A stretch of DNA of 64,000 nt, from assembly GCA_026387335.1 (NCBI GenBank), contig JAPLLX010000006.1, positions 44,949 through 108,948 of the forward strand. The letters are read 5' to 3'. The notes below the pieces were generated by a model that worked only from the letters and a program-made list of their open reading frames with translations, was not told where the DNA came from and ran no database searches. This DNA comes from Candidatus Omnitrophota bacterium. GTDB taxonomy: Bacteria > Omnitrophota > Gorgyraeia > Gygaellales > Profunditerraquicolaceae. Position numbers and translations under genes: made by a program. Within the stretch, counting starts at the first letter, position 1; every line of letters begins with the position of its first letter. Below, piece by piece: positions 17,418-26,888 of the stretch.

Positions 17418-17919
17418 ACATTTCTCTGATCTGATTGAAAATATCTATGTACTCACTGGTCCGAAAATCAGGGTAGGTCCACTGCCAACTTTGAAAGCTT
17501 TTACCCTGGTAAAACAAAGTAGTCTCCGCGTATATTCCTTTATCCAGATATATGCGGTGCACGTAATCCTTAGTTGAAGCTAAAACAAGTTTGGCTAAAT
17601 CCAGGTATCCCGGGTCAATATTGACCCGGCGCTTATTTTGGGAAGATAGTTTTCTTTCGATATTATTGGTGAGGATCTTTATTCCCGCGATTTGCTCAAG
17701 GCGGATGAGTTTACGAAAGCTTAAAAATATCCTGGATAGGCCATCCCCGAATTCTTCCCTGTAATAATCTGTCCGGTTAAACGGGAGCTCTGGGCTTACA
17801 AAATCAATTTTGCCAAAACGCCGGACAAGGAGTAATTTCGCTTGATTAAATGCCTGAATATCTTTGAAGATAAAACCGATGACCAGCTTAACCGGATTAT
17901 GAGGAGTTATTTTCCCCAT
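17392..17919 (-). CDS. Hypothetical protein co-transcribed with the radical SAM and PilZ genes
   Basis: 175 aa. It overlaps both neighbouring genes. I did not recognise a domain. Confidence 0.4.
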   Translation of the reverse strand: MGKITPHNPVKLVIGFIFKDIQAFNQAKLLLVRRFGKIDFVSPELPFNRTDYYREEFGDGLSRIFLSFRKLIRLEQIAGIKILTNNIERKLSSQNKRRVNIDPGYLDLAKLVLASTKDYVHRIYLDKGIYAETTLFYQGKSFQSWQWTYPDFRTSEYIDIFNQIREMYAEQTKKR

Positions 17920-18305
17920 CTCTTGCTTGCAGGGGTTTTTAAAGAGGAGTTTACGGGAAGAAATTGATTTATGTATTCGGTTATTACCTTACGCTGGGAA
18001 TTATTTATCCGGTTAAAGAAAATAGCTATATTAAAACCTTCTTTTTCCTTATCTTCTGTCCGCACAATCACTCCCTGACAGTCAATAGTATAGTTCTTTT
18101 TATCTTCTTTTGTTTTAACCGGAAGGGTTAATTTAATCGAAACCCTGGTAAACGGAGGGATATATTTCTTTATCTGGCAATAAGCGCCTACGCAGCTTAT
18201 ATTTTGCGTGCTGGTAGAAAAATCATAGCCGTTCGCCGCGACCTTAAAAGGGAGTTTCTTATCCAGGCGCGGGTGGACTCTTCTTTCTATTGCGGTCTTG
18301 GTCAT
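17907..18305 (-). CDS. PilZ domain protein (c-di-GMP receptor family)
   Basis: It has RVHPRLDKK (RxxxR) and NISCVGA (D/NxSxxG). Confidence 0.6.
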   Translation of the reverse strand: MTKTAIERRVHPRLDKKLPFKVAANGYDFSTSTQNISCVGAYCQIKKYIPPFTRVSIKLTLPVKTKEDKKNYTIDCQGVIVRTEDKEKEGFNIAIFFNRINNSQRKVITEYINQFLPVNSSLKTPASKRWGK

Positions 18306-18496
18306 TTTTCTTCGGTTTTAGCCTTTTTGATAAAATTTGACCAGCATCTTTTGGTGCAATAAAGCTTGCCGTCGCGGTAGTAACGCCTTATTTTCTTTAT
18401 CGGCTTGTTACAGCTTAAGCAATTTGTCTGCTTCTCTTCCTTGGGCTTGGCTTCGGCTGCAACAGGAGCAGCTGTTTTAGCTTGTTCAGTGACCAT
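18302..18496 (-). CDS. Small Cys4 zinc-ribbon protein
   Basis: CLSCNKPI...YCTKRCW. Its start and stop overlap the flanking PilZ genes. Confidence 0.4.
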   Translation of the reverse strand: MVTEQAKTAAPVAAEAKPKEEKQTNCLSCNKPIKKIRRYYRDGKLYCTKRCWSNFIKKAKTEEK

Positions 18497-18520
18497 CTTC
18501 TTTTAGTTTCCTTTCTTTCT

Positions 18521-18868
18521 TTAAAACCTGGTTGTTTGCATCTTGATGTAATCTTCCAGATAATTCCTCTCTAGCGGATCAATCTCCAGGAATTCAACGC
18601 CTAACTTATTTCTTTCGCAATGCGGCAGCGGCTGACACCAGGCCACCCTTCCGATCGGATGCAGCACCCTGGATAAAACGTCAATTTCCAGCATCAGAGG
18701 GGTTTGGGGGGCCAGGAACTTATTCGTATTAAAAGCTACTCCGCTGGCGCTTATATTATTAGAAACAACATTGTCAAATTCCGATGGGAGGCCTCTTACC
18801 TGATAGCGTATTTGCGCCCGCAGGTCTATTCTGGGAGCACGCCTTTTAACCTCTTGATTGGTAAACAA
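18521..18868 (-). CDS. PilZ domain protein
   Basis: It has RRAPRIDLR (RxxxR) and NISASGVAF. Confidence 0.6.
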   Translation of the reverse strand: MFTNQEVKRRAPRIDLRAQIRYQVRGLPSEFDNVVSNNISASGVAFNTNKFLAPQTPLMLEIDVLSRVLHPIGRVAWCQPLPHCERNKLGVEFLEIDPLERNYLEDYIKMQTTRF

Positions 18869-18989
18869 GTTTTCCTTCTTTCCAAATAAGAGGAAGCCGT
18901 GGCTTTACTTCCATTTAGGAAAATATAGCACATATTCACGCATATGTCAATCACCCTCTTAAAATGCTAACGCCAAGCCCCGGCTAGAG

Positions 18990-19050
18990 CCCAGCATACG
19001 CTCTTTACAATAAACTAATTTTTGTTATAATGAATTTGAAAGAGGACTAA
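18990..19050 (+). promoter_or_regulatory. Candidate sigma70-type promoter with extended -10 for the gspA-like gene; the region is a divergent promoter
   Basis: CTTTACA...TTGTTATAATG lies about 20 nt upstream of ATG 19051. The spacing was not verified. Confidence 0.35.
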
Positions 19051-19875
19051 ATGTATTGTAACTTTTACGGACTAAAAGAGCGGCCATTTAATGTTACATC
19101 GGATCCGGATTTCTTTTTTTTAAGCGCAAAACATAAAGAAGCGCTGGCCCACCTGCATTACGGAGTCAGTCAACGCAAAGGGATTATTGTTCTGACCGGC
19201 GAAATCGGGACCGGCAAAACTACCATCTGTAGATTTTTTATTAACCAGCTGGAAAAAAATGTCCGCACCGCCCTCATCCTTAACCCCCACTTCTCGGAAA
19301 TACAGTTGCTGGAAGCCATAGTCCGGGACTTTGGGATACGCGCGAACAATAAAAACCGCTTAGGCCTGGTCAGAGAATTGAACACCTTCCTGCTTAATGA
19401 ATCCGGCTGCGGGAATAATGTAGTCCTGATAATCGATGAGGCTCAGAATTTAAAACCCGCGGTCCTTGAGCAGGTACGCCTGCTTTCCAATCTTGAGACA
19501 GAAAAAGAAAAATTACTCCAGGTAATATTGGTAGGCCAGCCGGAGTTAAACACCCGGCTAAATCTCTATGAACTACGCCAGTTAAGGCAAAGGATAATGG
19601 TGCGTTACCATATCCTTCCGTTAGAACGCTTTGAGATCAGGGATTATATTCAACACCGCCTTAATGTCGCCGGATTAACCAGCGGAATTGAGTTTAGCGA
19701 TGATGCTATTATGGCTATTGCGGATTTTTCTAGCGGCACGCCGCGCTTAATCAATATGATCTGCGACCGGGCACTGCTCGCGGGTTTTAGCGCTGAAACA
19801 AAAAAAATAGGCCGGGATATTATCAATAGATGCCTTGAGGAACTAAACAGCTATGTCGCGGAGGGACGCCTGTGA
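19051..19875 (+). CDS. ExeA/GspA-like AAA ATPase (secretin/pilus assembly accessory)
   Basis: YGLKERPFNVTSDPDFFF...GIIVLTGEIGTGKTT is the conserved GspA/ExeA N-terminus with a Walker A motif. Confidence 0.7.
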   Translation: MYCNFYGLKERPFNVTSDPDFFFLSAKHKEALAHLHYGVSQRKGIIVLTGEIGTGKTTICRFFINQLEKNVRTALILNPHFSEIQLLEAIVRDFGIRANNKNRLGLVRELNTFLLNESGCGNNVVLIIDEAQNLKPAVLEQVRLLSNLETEKEKLLQVILVGQPELNTRLNLYELRQLRQRIMVRYHILPLERFEIRDYIQHRLNVAGLTSGIEFSDDAIMAIADFSSGTPRLINMICDRALLAGFSAETKKIGRDIINRCLEELNSYVAEGRL

Positions 19876-20375
19876 GCATAATTTATGACGCCTTAATGAA
19901 AGTGCAAAAAAATTTCAACAAAGAAACTACTACCGCTAAAACTTCCCCCCCACCCCAAACATCTAGGCCAGTTCATCCAAAAATAAGAATGAAGTTTATT
20001 CTTATCTATATAGTTGTAGTCTGTCTGGGATTGATATTAGGTAATTTCGCGTATAATTTCTTTGCTCATCCCAAGAATATCGTTAGCCCACCTCTGCCTA
20101 CTCCCATTAAGCCGGAACCCGTAGCCCCGGTTATAAATACGGAAGCACCAGCGGCGGCCGCAGCCAGCGGCGTAAGCCTCCCCAGCCCGGTTCCTGAACC
20201 GACACTGGTTTTAAATGGCGTCTTCTTTGAGCAGGGCGATGGCTATGCCTTAATTAATAATAAAATTATGCGCCTGGGAGATGAAATCAGCCATGCTAAA
20301 GTAAAAGAAATTACGATAGACGGCGTGGTGTTGGAATTTGAAGGAAAAACAATAAAACTATCCAGCCCTTCTTAA
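19872..20375 (+). CDS. GspB-like Pro-rich single-pass membrane protein
   Basis: MSIIYDALMKVQ is a GspB-type N-terminus. It has a TM helix and a Pro-rich linker. It is translationally coupled to the preceding gene. Confidence 0.45.
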   Translation: MSIIYDALMKVQKNFNKETTTAKTSPPPQTSRPVHPKIRMKFILIYIVVVCLGLILGNFAYNFFAHPKNIVSPPLPTPIKPEPVAPVINTEAPAAAAASGVSLPSPVPEPTLVLNGVFFEQGDGYALINNKIMRLGDEISHAKVKEITIDGVVLEFEGKTIKLSSPS

Positions 20376-21473
20376 AACACTTGGCTGCTTAATCCTATTT
20401 TTAAGCGCCTTTTCGATTATTTCTAAAGGCACGTTTTCCACAATTTTTACTTTTCCTAATCCAGTAATTAAAACCAGCCTGTTTTTCGCTCCGCTAAATT
20501 TCTTATCCCTATAAAAAGCCTGCATCAGCTCATTTAAGCGGATACTCTCAATTTTTGTCGGTAGGCCGGCTTTTTTTATTAAAGACTCTACCCTTTTATT
20601 TAAGCTAGAGTTTATAAGTTTAAGGCTTTGGCTTATGTCTAAAGCGATAAGCATCCCCAGGGCCACCGCTTCGCCATGGTTATACTTCTTAAAACTAAAA
20701 GCAGCTTCAATGGCATGAGCCAGGGTATGCCCGAAATTTAAGGCCGTGCGTATACCTTTGGCTTCCCTTTCATCTCTGCCGACAATATCCGCCTTAATCA
20801 AACTAGAAGACCTAACTATACGCTCTAAGGCTAAAACTTTAAGCTTAAGGATATTCCGGTATTCTCTCTCTAAATAGGTAAATAACCGACTGTCCTTTAT
20901 TATGCCGTATTTGATTACTTCGGCCAGCCCCGCGCGCAACTGCCGGATATCCAGGCTCTTAAGCAGACAACAATCGCTAAGGACCAGGCGCGGCTGATAA
21001 ATCGCTCCGATTAAGTTCTTGCCTTCCTTTAAATCCACCGCGGTCTTTCCTCCGATCGCCGAATCCACCTGAGCAAGTAAAGTAGTAGGTATCTGTATGT
21101 AAGGAATACCCCGCTTATAAATTGAGGCGACTAAACCGCTTAAATCGCCGACGACTCCCCCTCCTAAGGCAATAATAAATACGCGCTTCTTCAGGTCAAA
21201 TTTTGCCAGGTCATTGATTACCGCGGTTAAAACAGGAATGGATTTGCTTTTTTCAGTGTCCGGAATAACTTTTATCTTAAAATTTAGGCCGGATTTTTTT
21301 AATTCCCTGATCAGGCCGCGGGAACATCTTTCTTTAACATAAGTATTGGTGATTATGTAAGCGGAGTTTCCGATATCCAGTTTTTTAATATACTTACCCA
21401 GTAAAGGGATTATATCCGTACCGATAACTATATCGTAAGAACGTTTATCCAATTTTACTCTAATGGTACGCAT
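20358..21473 (-). CDS. aroB: 3-dehydroquinate synthase
   Basis: GGGVVGDLSGLVA...IPTTLLAQVDSAIGGKTAVDL and a HTLAHAIE-type metal site. Confidence 0.85.
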   Translation of the reverse strand: MRTIRVKLDKRSYDIVIGTDIIPLLGKYIKKLDIGNSAYIITNTYVKERCSRGLIRELKKSGLNFKIKVIPDTEKSKSIPVLTAVINDLAKFDLKKRVFIIALGGGVVGDLSGLVASIYKRGIPYIQIPTTLLAQVDSAIGGKTAVDLKEGKNLIGAIYQPRLVLSDCCLLKSLDIRQLRAGLAEVIKYGIIKDSRLFTYLEREYRNILKLKVLALERIVRSSSLIKADIVGRDEREAKGIRTALNFGHTLAHAIEAAFSFKKYNHGEAVALGMLIALDISQSLKLINSSLNKRVESLIKKAGLPTKIESIRLNELMQAFYRDKKFSGAKNRLVLITGLGKVKIVENVPLEIIEKALKNRIKQPSVLRRAG

Positions 21474-21475
21474 CT

Positions 21476-22102
21476 CTAAACTCCCAAAAGCCTTAATATA
21501 AACTCTACCCCCGGCCAAACCAGCCAGTTCAAAGCCCCCATCCAGATAAGGGCCAGCAATATAATAAAAGAATACGGTTCAATAGCGGCGTAACTGGAAG
21601 CCAAAGGCTCAGGAAGCAGGCCTGCCAATATGCGGGAGCCATCCAAGGGCGGTATGGGTATAAGGTTAAAAACCCCCAAGACAACATTTATAGCAATCAG
21701 GTTTATAATTAAAGCCACCGCCAACTGCGGCAAAGGCATAACTTTTATAAGGAGAGCCAATAGACAAGCGAAAGCAAAGTTGGCTAACGGGCCTCCTGCC
21801 CCGATTAAAACCATATCCCTTTTGGGGTTTTTTAATGCCCAATAATTTACCGGAATCGGTTTGGCCGCGCCAAAGACAAACCTGCCACCGGAAGTGATAA
21901 AAAGAAAGAGAGGTAAAAGAAAGGTCCAGAAAATATCTACGTGGGCCAGCGGGTTAAGAGTCAATCTCCCGGAATATTTGGCGGTAGGATCTCCCAATTT
22001 ATAGGCTATCCAGCCATGAGCGAACTCATGAACACTCATAGCAATAATCAAAAGGCCAAACGATATAGCAAAAGATAAAAGCACGCCTGAATTTAGGCTC
22101 AA
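21476..22102 (-). CDS. Site-2 protease family zinc metalloprotease (M50)
   Basis: HEFAHGWIAYKLGD is the HExxH motif. It is a polytopic membrane protein. Confidence 0.7.
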   Translation of the reverse strand: MSLNSGVLLSFAISFGLLIIAMSVHEFAHGWIAYKLGDPTAKYSGRLTLNPLAHVDIFWTFLLPLFLFITSGGRFVFGAAKPIPVNYWALKNPKRDMVLIGAGGPLANFAFACLLALLIKVMPLPQLAVALIINLIAINVVLGVFNLIPIPPLDGSRILAGLLPEPLASSYAAIEPYSFIILLALIWMGALNWLVWPGVEFILRLLGV

Positions 22103-22890
22103 CTTACAACCTCGATTATCTTAACTTCTATTATGGGATATTTGGCGCCAGTCGCACTGATTATTTTACCGATAACCTTGACCTTTTGGTGGTTCAGGGC
22201 GTTCAGGGTAGAGCGGTTACCTTTAAGCAAGAATATTTGATTATCCGCGGTTAGAAGTTTGTGGGTGGCCGACCGCATAAATACCACTCCATAAGGCTTA
22301 ACTGTACCCACAAGGAGAATATTACTCTCTTCATCCTGAGCGGGCTTAAGAGTTTGAGCGCTAGTTAAAACCGAAGCTTTATTAATAAACCTTTTATGGA
22401 CCCAACCAAAACTGTTTTGAATGGGTTCAATTTTATACCAATCCCCTAATTCAGAAATCACATTTACTATTTCATTTCTATCGGCTACGCCGACAATAGG
22501 GGCTGACTCCGAAGGTTTCGAGCGGATATTAACCCGCTCTCCTAAGACCTTGGCGCTTACACATTGTTTAATACTTAAGGTTGTTGGCGCAGCTGGCTGG
22601 CTTTCTGTATATTTTATACAGGTAGCTAAAGACTTTTTGATGTAGAGAGCCAGGCTTTTAGGGAGCCTTACCTTATACCATTCATACTGCTCTAAAATAA
22701 CCTCTAGCCGCTCTCCTTTATCTAAAACGGATAATACTGCCGCGGTAGTTGTCGCGTCCGCGCGCAGGTTAATATTATCAGCATTAATCTCACCGCTAAA
22801 TGGCAGATCTTCAGCGCAACAAAAGCTAAAAAATAACGCCAAGCTAGCTAATACCAAAGAGGAGACTTTTAAGGGATAATTTAAGCTCAT
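22099..22890 (-). CDS. Secreted protein with bacterial SH3 (SH3b) repeats
   Basis: It has a signal peptide and repeated ...NIRSKPSESAPIVGV..GDWYKI... SH3b-like segments. Confidence 0.5.
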   Translation of the reverse strand: MSLNYPLKVSSLVLASLALFFSFCCAEDLPFSGEINADNINLRADATTTAAVLSVLDKGERLEVILEQYEWYKVRLPKSLALYIKKSLATCIKYTESQPAAPTTLSIKQCVSAKVLGERVNIRSKPSESAPIVGVADRNEIVNVISELGDWYKIEPIQNSFGWVHKRFINKASVLTSAQTLKPAQDEESNILLVGTVKPYGVVFMRSATHKLLTADNQIFLLKGNRSTLNALNHQKVKVIGKIISATGAKYPIIEVKIIEVVS

Positions 22891-22893
22891 AAA

Positions 22894-23196
22894 CTATTTC
22901 TTTTCCTGAGCTTTACCTGCCGCTTTAGGAGCAGCCGCCTTAGGAGCAGCTTCTTTACCGGCGGCTGGCGCAGCTGCTGCTGGGGCGCCTTCGGCAACTG
23001 TTGTTTCCGCTACTTTTTCGGCTTTTTCCTTCTTGATCTTGATCCTTAAGGTCTTTATCTTCGGTAAACCGTAAACCCGGTCTCCTTCTTTCCACTGGTT
23101 TTTCTCCTGCATGATCCGGATACGCTCGGTGCGCTTGAGCACCGACCTCTGTTTTTTATCCTGCTCCGATGTCGCTAATGATGGATGTATTGACAT
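22894..23196 (-). CDS. Small basic protein with an Ala/Pro/Lys-rich histone-H1-like tail
   Basis: The C-terminus is AAPAAGKEAAPKAAAPKAAGKAQEKK. Confidence 0.4.
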   Translation of the reverse strand: MSIHPSLATSEQDKKQRSVLKRTERIRIMQEKNQWKEGDRVYGLPKIKTLRIKIKKEKAEKVAETTVAEGAPAAAAPAAGKEAAPKAAAPKAAGKAQEKK

Positions 23197-23201
23197 TGTA
23201 T

Positions 23202-23735
23202 TTACAACCTCCTTATTTGGCAGCTTCCGTATCTCCTACTCAATTCCGATAATAAAGGCTGCGCGGTTTCTTTATTAGGAAAATTCCCCACACACAAGAT
23301 GACATAACTACCCTTGTTTAACAAAATCGCGCTCAGGCCCCGCTTTTTAATGTTTTCCGCTTCTTTCTGGGCGTTAGCTTTAGTTTTAAAGCTAGCTACC
23401 TGGATGGTAAAAGCCCCCTGCTTTTGCGCGGTTAGAGGAACAACCTGCGTAAGAGCTTCTTCTTTTCTGACTATTACCGCAGGGGCAGGCGCTGTATTTT
23501 GCGGCTTGACCAAAACCAACTGCTTACCTTGCTCATTCAATATGTTTCTTTTGCCCTTCTCCACCCCGGCGGAAAAAGCGATGATCCCAGTGACCAAAAA
23601 AGCGATAATAATAAGTACTGTTTTTTCATGAGCCCAGATACGCTCAATGATCCCGTTACCGGAATTAACCTTAAGGTGGCTGGAGTCACTTGCCTGCGCG
23701 AATAACTCCATCTGGGGGTTACTTTGCTTTTCCAT
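23202..23735 (-). CDS. SPOR domain protein (septal peptidoglycan binding)
   Basis: It has a TM helix. The C-terminus FTIQVASFKTKANAQKEAENIKKRGLSAILL is a SPOR fold motif. Confidence 0.6.
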   Translation of the reverse strand: MEKQSNPQMELFAQASDSSHLKVNSGNGIIERIWAHEKTVLIIIAFLVTGIIAFSAGVEKGKRNILNEQGKQLVLVKPQNTAPAPAVIVRKEEALTQVVPLTAQKQGAFTIQVASFKTKANAQKEAENIKKRGLSAILLNKGSYVILCVGNFPNKETAQPLLSELSRRYGSCQIRRL

Positions 23736-24818
23736 TTAATTAGTTATTGATTTAGGCTTATCTTGTTTAAGGTAAACCTTGGTATTGATCTTCTTGATTA
23801 TTTTTAAAAAAGCCTCTACAACCCGGGGGTCAAATTGCGTACCGCTCTTTTTCTTTATTTCCTTTATCGCCGAGCTTATATCTTTTCTTTCCCGATACGG
23901 CCGTCCGTAAACCATAGCCTCAAAAGCGTCCGCCACCGCCATAATCCGCGCTCCCTCCGGAATCTGGCCTTTTTTCAGATGGGACGGATAACCTGTCCCG
24001 TTATATTTTTCATGATGGTGCATTATAATCGGTATAACCGGCCGCAATACCTGTAATGGCCGTAATATCTGCGCGCCCTTCACAGGATGTTTTTTAATAA
24101 TAGCGTACTCTCTGGCCGTAAGCTTAGTGGTTTTAGTCAATATCTCCGGCGGAATATCCACCTTGCCTGTATCATGCAGGAGGCTGGCGTATTTTAAACT
24201 CTGGATCTGCTTTTCATCCAGGTGCATCTGATGGCCTATGGCGGTAACCAACCGGCTAAAATACGGCGAATGCGTATATTCCTGAGGAACGCGCGTATCT
24301 AATAAGGTGACCAGGGATTTAATACTCCCTAAAACAATTTTCTGCTGATCCTCGTAAAGCTGCAGGTTCCTTATCCCGATTATTGCCTGCTCTATCAAAG
24401 TCATCAGGGTCTCTTGGTCCGTTCTCTCAAAGGAATGCGCGCCTTTTTTGCGCTTCAAGATAATAATTCCGATAAGGTCATCCGAAATTAAAGGAGCAGC
24501 CATAAAAATGCCCTGGATCATAACCGAGCTGGTCCGGATTATCTTCTTTTCTATCCGGTTAACTATGCGGATCCTTTGGTCAGTGCAATACTTGTTTTTC
24601 CCGCTGATAATGCATTTTAAAACAGAGTATTTTTTTGTCGCGTCCAGCATAATAATCTGGCAATAATCGGCAGTTAATATCTGGCTGATCAGCCGGGCCA
24701 GACGGGGTATTAAATCGGTTAAATCATAAGTGGAATTAACCAGCCTGTAAATGCTATGGATGGTAGATATTAGGTTTTTATACCTTTTTGTAGGGGTCAA
24801 ATAGTTTTTTGTATTCAT
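23736..24818 (-). CDS. GAF + HD-GYP domain c-di-GMP phosphodiesterase
   Basis: HHHEKYNGTGYP is the HD-GYP signature. HDTGK is also present. Confidence 0.75.
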   Translation of the reverse strand: MNTKNYLTPTKRYKNLISTIHSIYRLVNSTYDLTDLIPRLARLISQILTADYCQIIMLDATKKYSVLKCIISGKNKYCTDQRIRIVNRIEKKIIRTSSVMIQGIFMAAPLISDDLIGIIILKRKKGAHSFERTDQETLMTLIEQAIIGIRNLQLYEDQQKIVLGSIKSLVTLLDTRVPQEYTHSPYFSRLVTAIGHQMHLDEKQIQSLKYASLLHDTGKVDIPPEILTKTTKLTAREYAIIKKHPVKGAQILRPLQVLRPVIPIIMHHHEKYNGTGYPSHLKKGQIPEGARIMAVADAFEAMVYGRPYRERKDISSAIKEIKKKSGTQFDPRVVEAFLKIIKKINTKVYLKQDKPKSITN

Positions 24819-25932
24819 CTAAAGCATACCTATCGGTCATTCCGGCGATATAATCGCAGACTGAACGTTTTACGCCATCGCGTTTAATCCTCTTTTGAAT
24901 TTTATCAGGAAGCTGCCTGGGGTTAGCTATATAAACCTTAAATAATTCCTGTATAAAACGCTTGGCTTTAATGCTCATCCGCACTACGCGGTAGTGATTA
25001 TACAGCCTCTCCATAAGAAAGGCGCGCAGCGGTTTTCTTAATTTTAGCATATCCTGGCTAAAAGTGACAACTTTTTTATCTATTTTCTTGGCATCCATAT
25101 AGGACTTAAGCTTTAATTTTATGATGTTCCTCTGAGTCTCCCGGATCAAATCTGTCACTTGCAAGTCAATTAACGAGCGGATAATCAGGTACCTGCGTTT
25201 TTCCGGAGAAATTTTAGGGTATTTCTTAGTGATATTTCTGTTTAGCTCGCTCCAAATGGGCAGCTCTTCTAAATCCGCTTCCTTGATTAACCCGGAAGCC
25301 AGCCCGTCATCCAGGTCATGGTTATCATAAGCTATCTCATCAGCGATATCAACTACCTGCGTTTCCAAAGTAGGAGATTCTTGCGGAGCCAGGCCTTTTA
25401 TCCTTGTGCTTAGGTCAAAAGCCGTTGAATGCTTGGCTATCCCTTCTCTTACTTCCCAGGTTAAATTAATTCCGGGGAAATCCGGATACCTTTCTTCCAG
25501 ATAATCTACGACTCTTAAGCCCTGGGTGTTATGGTTAAACCCTCCGCATTGAGACATTAATTCATTTAGGGCGTCCTCTCCGGAATGGCCGAAGGCAGTG
25601 TGACCTAAATCATGGGCGAGAGCGATGGCCTCGGTTAAATCCATATTTAAATGCAGGACACTGGCTATAGTCCGGGCTATTTGAGCTACTTCAAGGGTAT
25701 GCGTAAGTCTGGTGCGGTAATCATCGCCTTCATGATTGACAAATACCTGGGTCTTATACTCAAGCCGCCTAAAGGCAGCGGAATGCACGATTCTATCGCG
25801 GTCGCGCTGATAAACCGACCGGTAAGGATGCTCCTTTTCCGGGTAGACCCTTCCTCGGCTATCCTTGCTCTTCATGGCGTAAGGCGCCAGGATCAGGCCT
25901 TCAATATCTTTAATCTGTTTTGGATTGGGCAT
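24778..25932 (-). CDS. dGTP triphosphohydrolase-like HD domain protein
   Basis: ...YRTRLTHTLEVAQIAR...AHDLGHTAFGHSGE is the Dgt-like HD motif. Confidence 0.8.
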   Translation of the reverse strand: MPNPKQIKDIEGLILAPYAMKSKDSRGRVYPEKEHPYRSVYQRDRDRIVHSAAFRRLEYKTQVFVNHEGDDYRTRLTHTLEVAQIARTIASVLHLNMDLTEAIALAHDLGHTAFGHSGEDALNELMSQCGGFNHNTQGLRVVDYLEERYPDFPGINLTWEVREGIAKHSTAFDLSTRIKGLAPQESPTLETQVVDIADEIAYDNHDLDDGLASGLIKEADLEELPIWSELNRNITKKYPKISPEKRRYLIIRSLIDLQVTDLIRETQRNIIKLKLKSYMDAKKIDKKVVTFSQDMLKLRKPLRAFLMERLYNHYRVVRMSIKAKRFIQELFKVYIANPRQLPDKIQKRIKRDGVKRSVCDYIAGMTDRYALDEYKKLFDPYKKV

Positions 25933-26386
25933 TTTTTAATTGTTTACACAACTCCTCTAAAGACTGCGAAATTACTTTTGCCCCGGCTAACGCGGGCATA
26001 AAATTAGTATCGCCTACCCAGCGCGGGACTATATGCACGTGCAAATGCCCGGTAATGCCGGCGCCCGCGCTGCGGGATAAATTTATCCCTATATTATACC
26101 CCTGAGGCCTCAAGGTTTTAGCTAGAAGTTTTTGAGCTCTTTTAATGGCCTTAAACAAATCCAACGCCTCTATATCCTTTAATTGCTCAAGCGAACGCAC
26201 GTGCCTCAATGGAGAAACCAGGATATGCCCGTTGTTATACGGATAGATATTCAGCATCGCGATGGAATGCTCGGTCTTAAAGACAACATAATTATTTTTC
26301 CCGGCCCGGGCACTACAAAATATGCAGCCTTTTTTCTTTATATTCCTTATATATTTGATTCTCCAGGGAGCCCAAAGTTTATCCAT
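25910..26386 (-). CDS. HIT family hydrolase
   Basis: HLHVHIVPR is the histidine triad. Confidence 0.8.
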   Translation of the reverse strand: MDKLWAPWRIKYIRNIKKKGCIFCSARAGKNNYVVFKTEHSIAMLNIYPYNNGHILVSPLRHVRSLEQLKDIEALDLFKAIKRAQKLLAKTLRPQGYNIGINLSRSAGAGITGHLHVHIVPRWVGDTNFMPALAGAKVISQSLEELCKQLKNAQSKTD

Positions 26387-26387
26387 A

Positions 26388-26876
26388 TTATAATTGAACT
26401 ATCCTTGATTCTATATTATCGTTAATCTCGATTATTCCATAGGTATTAACGGCAGCAAAGACTTTATCCGTCGGGCTGCCGGGATTAAAAAACAGTATGC
26501 CTGCCCGCTTTTCGTTCAGCGCGGAATGCGAATGCCCGAATATAATTATATCCGGCTTATCATTCTTAAATTCAGCGCTTAAGGTATCCACCATGCTGCT
26601 GGGAGCGCCGCAGCCGTGGTAGAGCCCTATCTTAAAATTACCTACTTTAAAAATTTCCTTTTGGGTAAGTTCTTCCCTTATCTCCTGCGGGTCCATATTC
26701 CCCCAAACCGCTTTAACATTCTTACAAAGCGATTTAAGCTCTTTAAACAACTCCGGGCTTACAAAATCTCCCGCGTGAACCAACATATCCGCGCTCTTTA
26801 TTTCTTCCAGCAATTTCGCCGGCAGCCTATCTGCCCTTTCAGGAAGATGCGTATCCGAAATCACTACTATCTTCAA
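26388..26876 (-). CDS. YfcE-like metallophosphoesterase
   Basis: It has SDTHLP, HAGDF and GHSH motifs. Confidence 0.75.
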   Translation of the reverse strand: MKIVVISDTHLPERADRLPAKLLEEIKSADMLVHAGDFVSPELFKELKSLCKNVKAVWGNMDPQEIREELTQKEIFKVGNFKIGLYHGCGAPSSMVDTLSAEFKNDKPDIIIFGHSHSALNEKRAGILFFNPGSPTDKVFAAVNTYGIIEINDNIESRIVQL

Positions 26877-26888
26877 TCCCCCTCCTCT

